From positions 51,528,862 through 51,592,861 of the forward strand of contig CM074511.1 in NCBI GenBank assembly GCA_037379345.1: DNA of 64,000 nucleotides, given 5' to 3'. The DNA is from Perna viridis (taxonomy: Eukaryota). The stretch's first letter is position 1. Each line of letters begins with the position of its first letter. Positions 41,588 through 54,900 of this stretch are shown piece after piece. Both the position numbers and the translations under genes were made by a program. Below the pieces are notes generated by a model. The model was not told the DNA's origin. It saw nothing but the letters and a program-made list of their open reading frames with translations, and did not search any database.

Positions 41588-44500
41588 AACCAGTAAAAGT
41601 AATCAGGTTTTTATAAGTAACCAGATTATTTATGGTGCTGGAAACGTGTCTCCACATTATAGTCGGTCAAAATAAAGGCCAAAGAATGTGGTTGGCTGGT
41701 GTTTACCAAGCATATCTCTCAGAGTAAAGAATCATGCCATAAAGTGTATCAAATTCTACTGAAGCCAGAACAGTAACATTTGTTAAACCCTTTTAACTGT
41801 TTAGGCCAAAGTGATGCAATTTATATGTAGTCTTTCATTTGTGTGAGAAAAATTGAGTTCAGCTTTGTTAATTTAAAAAAAAAAATCGAGTGATAAATTG
41901 TTGTGAATTAGCCCAAAACTATGCTACGCATTTATGTAGTTAGCGTTTTACCAAAAAATGCATCTCCTCCTTTTATAATAGAAGTATACTTCATTCAGGT
42001 TCTAGCTATGTCACTTTATACTTAGACTAAATGGTGCTTGCTTTTTAATACTTATTTCTTTACACTCTTCATAGGTTAATGGAAAATAAAGGATTAAATA
42101 CAACTGCAAGAGAAAGTACCGGGTACTCAAAACTTGTGAAGAAATCATTGTCTTTCTCATCATTAAAACTTAATGTGGAAATAAAACTCTAAATCTTTAA
42201 CTCCAATGAAATACATTTCTACAGCAAGATCATTTTAGTCCTCAAACCAAAATGAGGCTTAACTTTAATCAGGTCCCGTAAAATGATATCAAAATTGTAC
42301 TCTACCATCAATCACTTGACTCCTGTAATGTTCTCCCTAGAAAATAGCATATTTTCCTTACAAATTACGGCATCACACTTGTAACATTGTCTACAGGAAA
42401 ATCAGTTCTTATAGCATTAAATCAAATTAGTTTCACATTACCATGATGCTAAAGAGCCCTTGGGAGAACACTGTCCAGTACATAAATTAACCACAAATGA
42501 ATTAAAAGGTTCAAAGACAAACACCATAAATGTGGTCCTGACCTGGAGCTTGAGTAAGATTTGCAGATCTTGCCTGTACTTTATTTCCATGTTACGTCCT
42601 GTGTTAAGTGTATTACCAAGTGTTATACATGCTGGTACTTCGTGCATGATTAGTGTGTTGCAATTAGCAGTCAGAGAGTTAGTGTGAGTTAAATGAGAGT
42701 AAAATGTATTGAATTGTTGTGGTCGCTTTTATGTCTACATATGTTAGTTATTTTTAATTTGGTTCATGTATACATTGTAGTCTGTATGTCATATTGTTAA
42801 AAAAAAAAAAATTTTCCTGAAGTAATGCTTCTACATGCTTCATAGAAATTTCCAAGTCAATGGGCACTCTGTGCTAATGCCAAAGTTTAATTTTAATTCA
42901 GCAACTGCTCATTTTTTTTTTTAAATGCATTGTCCTATAGACTAATTGTATGTTTTGAAATGTGTTGTAAATTCAAACTATTTCTGAGAAATTTAACATT
43001 GATTCTACGTAAATCAAAAAAATATTTTTGTGCATAAAAGGATATTCCTTATTGTTTATAAGATAGTGCCTTGTTCTTTAAATTCATCCTTACGCAGTCT
43101 AACAGGTGTATTGTAATATTGTTTTCTTACTGATATATGTAGTGAAAGAATAATAGGATGATTTATTGTAAAGAGTGAATAACCCCTATATGATCATGAG
43201 TGCCTAGGAATGCCTAGATTTAACAAGTGTGCAGAACTTTTTCTTTTTGCGAGTTAAATCTTCAAGCATTTTTGGCACAAGTACTTATATTAATAACCAA
43301 TTGATTATCCTATTTATTATACAGATTTTTCCAATATGTATTGCTGTTTTCTACATGAATTTTAAATTTTGTGATTGGTATATTAATAATCACTTTGTGA
43401 CGTATTTGGAAGGAGAATTTAATTTATTTTACTGTATGAATTATCAAAAGTTTTTACACAAGGAACATTTGATAAATAGTTACTATCTATATAATAATGG
43501 ATGTTTGGGAACCAACATTTGTTATGTTAAAAATTCCATAATGCTAATTTCAATTATTTCAATTTGATATCAGTCGCATGTTTTGCAATAACAAAAACAT
43601 CACATAAATTTCTTAATAATCAGTTTTTGAAAGTGGCTTTAGTTTTTCAAGATATATAATTTAATTTGGAACCTGGTTTTTGATTTGTTAGTTCTCAGTT
43701 AGCTGGTTCTCTTGTATAACTGTGTCTGGTACTGTGACACCATTAATGTCGATTGGTCCATAGTATGTGATTCAAATACATGTAATCTCTTGATAAATAA
43801 CATTTAGAATACAGTTCTTAAAATTTAACTTGAATCAGTTAAATATTAAATTAAAAGGAATTTTCTTGATAGGTTAAACAATAATTTAATTGGTTTGAGC
43901 CAGTTTGTAGTTTATAAGTGTAAACTGCCACAAACAGGGTTATTTTGTATAACCTGTTCAAAAATTAGAAATGTTCTTTGAACTCTGCAGAATATTTTAT
44001 GAAACTGTACTTGAATGCATTATGCCTTGGTCTATTCCTTAGCTAGTATGATGTGTTATTTTTTAGGTATAAATGAAACTTGCCCAGATATTGAATTAAT
44101 TTTTCAACATACATTTGATAAACACATCCAAAAATGTAGGCAACATATGTTGTGTGACACACATTTGTACATGTGTTTGATGTATGTGTGAGAGGATTTC
44201 TATTACATTGAACATTTGTAGATTTACATGGAATAAGTGAAATACCTGTCTGAGCTTTAATCTTTTTTTTTTATTGAATGTGAACTCTCAATGCTATCGT
44301 TTAACAAAAGACTTGTACATCATATAGGAATCTGTGTTTTTGTCATACAGACCTTTGATATGAACTGTGGAGATGAATGTTTTAATACCATTTTTTCATT
44401 AGATTTATTATGATGTCTTCTATTTGTTGGAATCTGAAACCTTTTTGTCCTGAACAAGTTTTATTTCTTTTGTATTGTGGCATAGGTCATATTCATTTAT

Positions 44501-44729
44501 TTCTTTACAGTCAGTTCAATCTGAAAAGAACATGTAACTTATTTTCCCTTATACAACAAGCCACTTTTCTTACCTATTCTTGTATTCTATCTGAAGAATC
44601 TGGCTACTTCAGCATAATTTCTTTTTAATGAAGGACTGTATGATTACAGATAAAAGAGCTGAAGTCAATCACCAACTCAAATTGTTGGTACTCTGGGTAT
44701 GCTATGTTGATCCTTCTAAACTGTCCAAG

Positions 44730-44940
44730 TAAAATGATAACTGGTTGGCTCTGAGTCAGAATAATGTGTCTGATTGGGATGGCACGACAACCTACAGGCT
44801 TTTGCTTCTGTGAGCTAGCACAATAAATATGTGACTCAATATGTCAGACTAGTACAAAGCATATTCAGTTTGATTGGTCAGTCATTCTCATCCTGAAATT
44901 TCTGCCATAGGACTTTAAACCATAATTAATTAATCAACCA
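44730..44940 (+). mobile_element. Decayed molluscan SINE (V/Meta-type central domain)
   Basis: ACTGGTTGGCTCTGAGTCAGAATAATGTGTC...GTGAGCTAGCAC...CTAGTACAAAGC resembles a common bivalve SINE body; ends in an A/T-rich tail. Recognised from memory, not searched. Confidence 0.45.
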
Positions 44941-46732
44941 TTGACAAATTTATTAGTGGAATTATGACTTAAGAGAAAAAAAAATAGTGTTGGGTATTTG
45001 GTATTTCTTTTAATGAATGAAACTACAACATGTAATATAGAATATAGACAGTAATAGAACCTTACTGTCCAGCAAGAATCATATTTTCAAAATTTCAAAC
45101 TGATACCCATTTATCTGCAAACTATTAAAATAAAGTCACCGGTGCTGTGTCAAAAACTTAAGATGTTGTGATATGTCAAGCTTGAATATTTTAGAGTATT
45201 TTATAATGCTTTTAAAGAATTCAAAGGTCTAAACAAGCTATAGTCATTACATTTTATACACTGCAAAAAAAAAATTCTGTTGTCACTGTTACCTTTGTTT
45301 TTTTTATAAAATTTAACAAGGTTCCAGATAAAACAGGAATGTATATGTTGATTTTTGGAGTTATAACCTCAGCTGTTTAGAATTTAGGACCAAAAAATAT
45401 ATTTTGTCAAATTTTAAGTATATAATTTAAGTATAAATGTATGAGTCTCTATGATGTTCTACCACACTGTTATATACCTTAGCAGTAAGACTTGGATCAA
45501 TTTTGACTTTATGACTATCATTTGTGAATTAGGAAGGAACTGAAAATCGTAAAAAAATGCATTTTGCAAGTTTCCAAGCAATAAGATGTGAAACTGTATT
45601 GATCTTCATGATTTCATACCACTAATGGAATGTTTTGATTGATTTTGGGTTGTATCCTGTTTAGGTATAGGGGTAAAGAAAGGACCAGAAGAATTACCTT
45701 TATATGTTAAATTTGTATATGTGAATGTATTGCTTATCATGTTATGAAATTATATCACAAGGTTCCATATCACCTGTCCGACTGGGTTGGTTTTGGGGTG
45801 ATTACTGTATGAAGGAATTAAGAGAGAGAAAAAAAATTTTTCTGGTTTCAGGTAATAACTTGAGGATAAGTGTATTGATCTCTATGAACTTGTACTATCA
45901 TAGTTCATACAAGAGAGGTTTTTGCCCTTAGCTTTCAGAATACAATTGAAAATGGCATATTTCACATGACACCTGTTGTCATTGTTAATTTTCCTTAAAA
46001 ATCTCGGAGTCCACTGATTTGATTGTTTTCAAATTTGGCAACCATGGGGTACTTTCTTTAGAACAAGTATTGGTAATTCTGATTAAGCATTAAACATGAA
46101 TATCATTACTTCTTTAAGAAGACAGTGAAGTTACCAATTTCACCACAAATCTCTAAAAATAGAAGAGCAACAGAAATATGTAATGAAATCTAGGATGCAA
46201 TATACTTTTTATAATATGTAATTTGATATAATGAATTACTAATTTAATATAACAAGTTACTAATTTGATACATGTATTACAAATTAATCATTATATAAGG
46301 GCAAGTAACATACATTGTGACAAGATGACTGTATTTGGTCATGGGCACTGTATGTGCGGTGGCATAAACTTTGATGTCATATTGAATAATTACTCAGATG
46401 ACATCAGTGAATTAGATATGAGTTGTGCAAAAAAAAAACTGGTGCATTGTCCCAAAAGATTCAACGCCATCATATCCCAATTTACGCACATGATTGCTGG
46501 ATACTTAACATACCGACACTAAAATAGCTGCAAAGTTGTTAGTGATAAAGGCCCCTTTCTCGCTAATCGATGACTATTAGGGCTCGTCCAATAACGCAAA
46601 GTTTTATTCATTGTCATCTGGTTACCTTTTCAGTTATGAGCCACTTCTTCCAACAGGAAACGGATAAGTTTAAAAGTGCCCTCGCCAACTGCCGCGCTCA
46701 AATTGCTGAAAAAAAACTATTTTGGGCAAATG

Positions 46733-46833
46733 TAGTCAGAATTTCCTCTGACCCTGCAACCCTCCTCTAACCCGACATATCAATATCTAAATAAAAAAGA
46801 GGAGGGTTGCAGGGTCAGAGGAAATTCGGACTA
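46733..46833. mobile_element. 101-bp hairpin MITE with TAG...CTA ends and 9-bp TSD (AcademH-like)
   Basis: GGGCAAATG|TAGTCAGAATTTCCTCTGACCCTGCAACCCTCCTCT...AGAGGAGGGTTGCAGGGTCAGAGGAAATTCGGACTA|GGGCAAATG; 36-bp arms with one mismatch. Confidence 0.88.
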
Positions 46834-47139
46834 GGGCAAATGTCGCATGCTTTATTTAGAAAATGGGTTTGCAGGATAAAAAAAAAAGACATTGCATGAA
46901 CATTGTCAAAAATATCAATATATTTTATTTGTTCTCGCTTCGAAACAGTCAGATTATCTCGGGGAACCCTCGCGATCTGACTCCTGAAGCTCGTCAAATT
47001 TTGATACTTTCTGGCAATATACATGTATATTATACACCCCAATTCCGACATGATGAATCAATATACGTCTTTTTGGCAATCAATTTAAGCAGAAGAACTA
47101 AACTATCGACTGATAAAAAATTACCATGTCAACTATGCA

Positions 47140-47505
47140 ACTGTTACATTGATAATATATTTGTCACATTTGGGGAGCTATTTTTCAACAAGTGGCATTC
47201 CAATGGGCACTAACTGTGCTTCTCTCCTAGCCGATTTGTTTTTATATTCATACGAGACTTAATTTCTTCAGGACCTCGTAAAGAATAAAAAAATAAAAGA
47301 TGTTAAATCCTTGAACTTTACATACAGATGTATTGATGATGTATTGTCCATCAACAACCCCTCTTTTGGTAAATGGTCACCGTCATTATATCCACCAGAG
47401 CTCAAGATAAAGGAGACTGCAGAAACAGACTGTTCTGCATCTTTTTAAGACCTACACCTTGAATTTGACAACAGTGGTAATATCAGCACTAAGATTTATG
47501 TTAAA
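47140..47505 (+). mobile_element. Penelope-like RT fragment (degenerate)
   Basis: Frameshifted IDNIFVTFG..FQQ..GIPMGTNCASLLADLFLYSYE...NFTYRCIDDVLSINN...IYPPELKIKET...DLHLEFD. Confidence 0.78.
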
Positions 47506-47744
47506 ACAATGAGTAATGATTGTTTGTTTTTTTTTTAATATTCTTTGTGTTGATCTGACCACAGATTTACCGATTATGACAATAGCGTGCAATGGAAGAG
47601 GGAGGTTTAGCGCTGTAAAACCTAGATTTAGTCCATTATTTCGTCTGAAGTGCCTGCACCAAATCAGGACCATTGCGGTACCAGCTGTTCCGGTAGCGTA
47701 ATATCTATTTTGATAGCTATCACTGGCTCGCCACCGGTACTGTG

Positions 47745-48485
47745 GTTAACAATTTTACAAACACTTCACCATTTAGGACCAAACTTGGTATGAATGTTCT
47801 TTATGATATTCTGCAAAGAACTGATGTGGGGATTTTTTATCCGTCTAAAAACATGGCTGTCGCTACTAGAAATAAAACAGGGTCGGACAGAAGTTTTTTC
47901 GCATAAATCTCGTAAACTTAGATTTAGCAAAATTCTGACTCGAGATAAGTGTTCAGCATTATAAGATCTATCTGAGGTCAAATTTTTGTGTAAATTTATT
48001 AAGCCATGTAGGAGTGATTCCCCCGTTTTGACGTTTTTTGGCTTTTTCAAATGTTATTTCTTTTTTAAAAAAATCTCCTCTGACACTACTTGATAGGTAA
48101 GAATCTAACTTGGTATGAATGTTCCTTGGGATATCCTTCATAGAATTGATGTGGGGATTTTTTTATCTGTTTGAAAAACATGACTGTCGTTACTGAAAAT
48201 ATAACATAGGGGTCTTACAGAAGTTTTTCGCATATATCTCCAAAATCACAAGATTCAGCAAAATTTTTACATGGGATGAAAGTGTTCAGCCTGATGAGAT
48301 CTGTGCGAATTTTAGTGTTATTGCCCTTTTTCGACGTTTTTTGTTTTTTTCATTTTAATGTTATTACTTTCCAATTTTTTTCCTATGGAACATTTGGACA
48401 GAATTCAATGAAAACCCGATATGATTAGTCATTGGGTATAAGCGTTAGGAATTATACCTAAGAAAAACATGGCCGCTTTTACAAA
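47745..48485 (+). mobile_element. HINE-like family A, internal fragment
   Basis: Family A tandem units (AAAACATGGC...AAATAxAACAxxGGGTC) without intact termini. Confidence 0.65.
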
Positions 48486-50520
48486 TCAAAGACTGGAGTC
48501 TTCTAAGTCTCTAATTATAAAATATTCTGTGCCACTCATTTTGGCTTGCTTTAAACAGCCGAAATGACAGGAATGCGATATGCTCTACAATCGGATGACT
48601 TCTGCTACAATCTTGGTTCCCTTGATATAATTACTCTTACATAACGGTGATGACCGAATGCTTTTAATGGGGTATGTAAGTCTCGTCACGTGACTCCGTG
48701 ATTTCATGAGAATGGGTCCTCATCTCCCATTCAAATGCATAAAGATTCGTCATTAACATAGCATTGAGTTCAATGTCAAAAGCAAAATATATGTTTGTGA
48801 AAAAATACTGATAAAAAATGACAAATATCTAGTTCTACAGAATAAAAATATTAAGAAAAGCATAGAAATAGAATAGTGATACAGCGTTTTCATTTCTCGG
48901 AAGTGACAAATAAAATGCAGACCGGCCTTCGGATTTCAATACGTTCTACATATGAAATTCCGGAAGGAAAACTGAAACTAGAACGAGACTTACAAACCCT
49001 ATAAAAAGAACTGGTTACCCTGGAAGTGTGGGTAATGCTTTCGTTCCACAAGTTTCTCTCAATTTATCGCGATCTTTTGGGTCGCTTTAACTTGAATAAT
49101 TCAAGCCCTCATCGTTATGGATTCTCGCCGACTCGCAATGTAGTGATCGATAGCGAGTGGAATATAACGACTGAATTATTCGGGTTAGGATCGCTTATGA
49201 TATTGGCCAGGAATCCAGATTAAACACCTGACTATAAATGTATCTTTTAATGTAAACTTCCCGTTCTAAAATAAGCATGTAGAACACGTGTATGATATTT
49301 TAGTAGTACATTTTGATCTCGTATGAAGCTAGAACTGTGAAGCTATGGTGGTTAACACGACATCGGTGGAGTAGTAATATATAATTATGCAAATCATTTG
49401 CGAATGTACAGAACTGAAAGTACGAGTGCAAGAAGTCGCGAACAATATTAGCGACTTGAAAAAGAATGTTACTTAACCCTGGTGAACGACTCTGGCTTTT
49501 TAGAGCCACTAGTTTAACATGGCGGCATTTCATAAGTAACCGAAATACTAAAACTAAAATCAAGCTACTAACTTTAAATGATGAGAGACGATTTAGATTT
49601 CCGAATTATGATACTTCCTCATATGTGTCTACTCAATACGCAGTTGGCATGTATCGTGATCTTGTCAACTGCACCTTATCCACTCTCCTAATAAGTTTTG
49701 TTGAATCGCAAATTATTCTGTTACCAACGAAACAAATTCTTTTACACCAGTCCTTTTGTAAAACGCTGACTTCACTACTATTTTACATATTTTTACTTTT
49801 GTAAGCAACACAAACTTACACCTGAACGTATGGCCACTATGGGTGCGGGATATGTTTAGGTAGCCATAAAACCTGGTTTTCCATCATTTCACTTTGAAAT
49901 GCCTGTACCAAGTCGGGTGCTAATTTTATTTTTCCGGATAATCCTTTCTGCTAGTTCATTTAATATTTTCCTTACCGACATATGATTATGGCTGACTTTT
50001 TGGGTTTTTAACGTCCTTAACTACGCTGCCGGGTCTCGCACGGATGGTATGATTATGGGTTATTACCTTTGTTTTCAAAAATCATACGAGGGGTCCACCC
50101 ACATACAAAGGACGAGCTATTGACTTGAATTACTAAGTTGTTCGGTCGTTCGTTGGTAAAAAAATTCTATGAATTAGGTATAGTTCATTTGCATGAGTCA
50201 TCGAAAAAAAATTCTTATAAAATCACTTTCAATTTAATTCATTTTTAAACTGCTTTTTTATAACGCATACGAACTGAGATATTTCCAGAATTTTATTTCA
50301 AGAAATTCCCGTTACACAATTTGACTTATTTTTTTTATTTTAGTTTGTCTATTTTAATATTGGAGATGTATTGGAACGGCTATTTGAATATCTGATGAAA
50401 ATATAAATAAATTCATGTGGTCAGGCTGTGTAACATAGCTAGGTCACTTTCAGTAATTTGAATATCTATAGATGTTAATACAGGATTAAAAGGCATTTTA
50501 TGTGATGGTTAAATGGCAAA

Positions 50521-51055
50521 CCGTTGTGAATTTATTCCCTATTTATTGATATCAATAAATGTTTAATAAGATGTGATTAAATATTTATGGACATGTTAAT
50601 AAATATTTATGATCATATTAATAAACATTCAATCACGTTATTAAGTATTGATATCAATAAATAGTGGAATTAATAAAATGTGGATAATTTTCTATTAACG
50701 TGTTGATAAAGCACTTATTGATATAAATAAACTAAATGCATTTGTAACATGTTATTAAATATTTATTAACATGTTTTCAAACTTGTTCCGACAGACTGGG
50801 TAGTAATCAACTTTGATAACAATTATAAGCATATTTGTGACCACGATTAAACCACCTATAGAGGCTCCCTCTTTTTCAACATGTTGATAATTCATCTAAT
50901 TATTGATATCAGTAGATGGGTTTATAACATGTTATAAATATTAACGTGGAAATAAATCGTTCGATTTATGGATATCAATAATTGATTAATAACCAGTTGA
51001 TAAATGTTTATCAACGAGTTCACAATTTATTGATGTCAATATTTTTTTCAGGTGC
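50521..51055. repeat. Array of short AT-rich palindromic repeats
   Basis: Recurrent TATTGATATCAATA and TTATTAACATGTTxATAA-like units; ends TTTTTTTCAGGTG. Confidence 0.6.
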
Positions 51056-51454
51056 GAAAATATTTTGACAAGTAATTTTTTAAAGATTTTCTTTTTCGAA
51101 AAATGTTATGATTTTATGAATACAATAACTGAACAAGCGACTTTTTAGGAAGCAAATAGATTTATTATATGAAACTAATTATAAATGTAAACACGATGCT
51201 GTATATGACACCAGGAAAATAAATTGGCGAGAGTACATGCTTATGTAGACAAAAAATAATTATGCACCAACAAATTTAGTCTTGGACCCCTCATTAGAAA
51301 AATACAAAAAAACATAACAATGCATCAATGCATACAAAACAGATAAAAACGAACAATGACGTATATAATATTTACAAATCTGAAATATCAAAAATAAATG
51401 CCAAAAAAAATATCATTCAACGGAAAATATCACTCAAAACAGATAATTAAAACC

Positions 51455-51485
<31 letters not shown>

Positions 51486-51973
51486 ACAGAAAAGGAATGC
51501 TATTGCTGTCATGTATTGGCAGTCATGGTAGAAATAAAAAAGTGGAATATCAGCAAGAAAAAAAATTTGCAGAACACTTGTTGGTACTGTGCATTTGTGG
51601 AAAAATATTTGATAACTTCTACTAAGACGAACATCTATACCGATTAAGCTTTTTATTATTACACGAATATCTATACAGGTCAGGATTAAAAAAATATAAA
51701 CTAGCTTGGTGATTATATTTAGTACCGCGGGATGATACCCTGGATAAAATGCCAACCTTGGAACATAAACAACAATTACTTGCACATACCCTGTGTATAT
51801 ACGTTTTGTGTACATGTATTGCATTTTTATCATAATATCACGAATATGAAATATCCTAGCAAATTTGCAGGCGAGATAAAAAGAATAACCAAAAATTGAG
51901 AGAAAACAATACAATATAGTTTATATGTTTAAAGATAAACTGTCTTAACTATGGCTTTCATAAAATATTTAAT

Positions 51974-54900
51974 TTACTTTTTCTTGTCGCTTTTCCCAAA
52001 GAGCCCTTTCCTAAATATTGATCCAGATGAAGATTTCCGATCCGGAGTTTTTGTTGATGGCACATTTTCATTCTGTGGTCTCCTATAAACGATAAGATAA
52101 TTATATATATTACTGAGATTCCGTGTTTCACCATCTCGAACCCGGGCGTACAATGCTAACATATAATTTCCAGTTTCCGGGAGATTCACAGAGAACAGAA
52201 CTCGTTCAGGATTCAACTCTTCTCTTTTCATCGTAACCTGTTCTCTTATATCCTCTCCTGGTTCCCGAACAAACTGGTGGGAAATAGACACTGATTTCGG
52301 AACAAAGAGTTCAATAGCTAGGTGATTGGAATCTGAGCATTCTATTTTTGATTCTTTGTGCGACACTGTCCGTATACCCAACTGATCAAATGCAGATGAA
52401 GGTCCCCACTGTGACTCACGCTTTGCTGTTGTAACCTTAGGTCGTACTTTTGGAATTTCAACTGGTTCGGCTACCTTTAAACAGTTGAGAAGATATTTGC
52501 ATGCATGGGACAATTTCGTGTCATCGGAGTCGAGAGGGCGAGCGTATATATCTATTCCATATTGTCCAGGCTGAGGTGGCGTTACTGTAATTCTAAGTAT
52601 TTTGCCATTTTCAACTTGATGTTTGATAAAGGGATCTAAAGCCTTGCTGTCTACGGAATTCATTCGTAATTTTGTCACAAATTGCAATGGTTTTGCCAGT
52701 TTGAATAGTAAATCCACTGTGTCGTTAACATTGACAATGCCACCTTTAGGATTGTCAGGTGTATCCTTTAGCTGAGTATCAATCACCTCACTTTCTGTCG
52801 ACTTAACCGACTGTGTTTCACTTGAGTCGTCTGAAATCGGGTCTTCTTTATCAGGGTGTTTCACTGACATATTTTTCATGCCGAAATGGCGTTTTGCCTT
52901 TTTTGGTCCCCATTCACCTGCGGCGCATTCGGGTAAAGGATGCATTTTGCCGACCAAACTTTTACAGACAATTTTAAGCTTACATGCGCACTTTAATCTA
53001 AATGATGACACAACACCACTGTCCCCATTATCTCTTGATCTATCAGCGTCTTCGAGACGGTTGGCAAATACCTCAAAGAAGTATTCCCCTGGTGTTGGCA
53101 CATGAACACTGAACATAACGGTATTTTCAATCATTGTCATGTATATAAAACGTTCCAGATAAGCACCTCGGAAACCAGCCTCGTGTCTGCGTTCCTTGTC
53201 AGCAAATCGTAATTGATAAAAGAATACAATGTCATTCTCTAGCTCCTCGTTTACCTTAATCCGTATGTCACATCCTCCTCTTTCTGAAGTTTCAACAACA
53301 GCTTTGAGGCCCCGATCAAAGTGCATGCCAAAATGGAAAAAGACCGATCGTACAAATGGAAGGTTTTCGAATTGTTCTTTAGTAATTGGTGTTTGCAGAA
53401 GTTGCCACTCTGGCTCATAAGGCCAAAATTCTTGAATGAATTCGTCAGGGTCAGTTAAAAAATAATGTTCATCATACTGATATCGGATACTATCTTTTCC
53501 CTTTTTTTCATCCTCTTTACCATTTTCCTCTACCTTTTCATCGTTTCCATCCTTCTCTGAAAATATTTTCTCAACTGCTTTCTCTAACGGCGGCTTCTCT
53601 TCTGTTTTTTCTCCATTTTTCTTGTCTCTGGGTGAATCTGGCTTCTTTTTGTCTTTGTTAAGTACTAAATGTCTAAAATAAAATAAAGTTCATTAATTCA
53701 ATGATATCATTGATCTGTGGGAATAAGACTGAACCGGTCATAAACCATAATCTGATGTGGCCAAGGTTGATTTCAAAAACATTCAAGGACTGAAGAGGTC
53801 TGTAACAACAATTGTAAGGTTTTTACATTGATTACTGCATAAATGGCAAGATGAAGTTTTTATCAAATCGATGATGGTTTCTTTTCCGGTCCCCCTTTCT
53901 AATTAATTGGGTAAGAATTGATTTTGGTTTTCCTAGAGTGTCAAAACTATCTAACCATGTCATGTGCTAATTGCTTTTTATTGGACAACTATTTAAACCT
54001 ATTTGATAGTGAGAAATATCAATAAGTAAAAGGAACTGTGGCATCTGCCCCAGGATTCTAACCACAAGTAGAGCCAGTTTGTAAAATTGTTCAAATATGC
54101 GGATTTTTTTTATTAGAATCGGTAGAAAAACCCCTTATCAAATGTAAATTTGTGAAAATTCAGACGGAGGAACATTACTAAAATTAGCAATAAAGGTCAT
54201 TGTAAATACATTTTCGACAATTTTGCTCTAAATTGAACACTTTGAGTGGGGGAATTTCCTAAGAAGCACCATTATGACTATTACAATGAACTGGGTTATG
54301 CATTCTTTGATACAAGACAAATTAATCATCTTTAATTGCAAGATGGTTGGTAATGTGCTTTTAGGAGAAAATGTTAATTTTTTATGAAAAAAATAATAAA
54401 ACAGAAAAACATAAAACCTAACAAGCTTATTACGACACAATTGCTATGTATCCGTAGCCCAATTAACTTTACTATTTTAGTATTTCATCGTTGGATAAAT
54501 GTTTTTAGTTCGAGCCTGACCATGCCTTTATTTTTTGTGTATTTTTTTTTGTTAAAATGGTATTATTATTATCATAATGTCATTTCTCAGTTTCAATGAT
54601 TGATTAGACTCATTTTGTTATAGGACAGTTTGTATTGTTCTTAATTTCATTTTATAACACCTATTATACCGGTGTTACCCGATCAGTCAAATATATAATT
54701 GACTGGTGATATTTAAACGCCTAATTTTAGCTCATTGGTACATGAACAAAATACCTGGAGAGTTGGCCCATGTCCTCATCTCAAGATATATTCTAATTTG
54801 TTCCAATACAAAAGATCAAGATTATCAAACCTAAGATGATACTAAGTATAGTAGAATACACTGATATCTAACAAATGCCCAAAACCATATTCATATTTCT

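Noticed and set aside
51447-51914. 155-aa ORF ending in poly-Phe, and the opposite poly-Lys ORF
   Set aside because: Artefacts of an A29 tract (51455-51483) in the probable 3' UTR of the hillarin-like gene.
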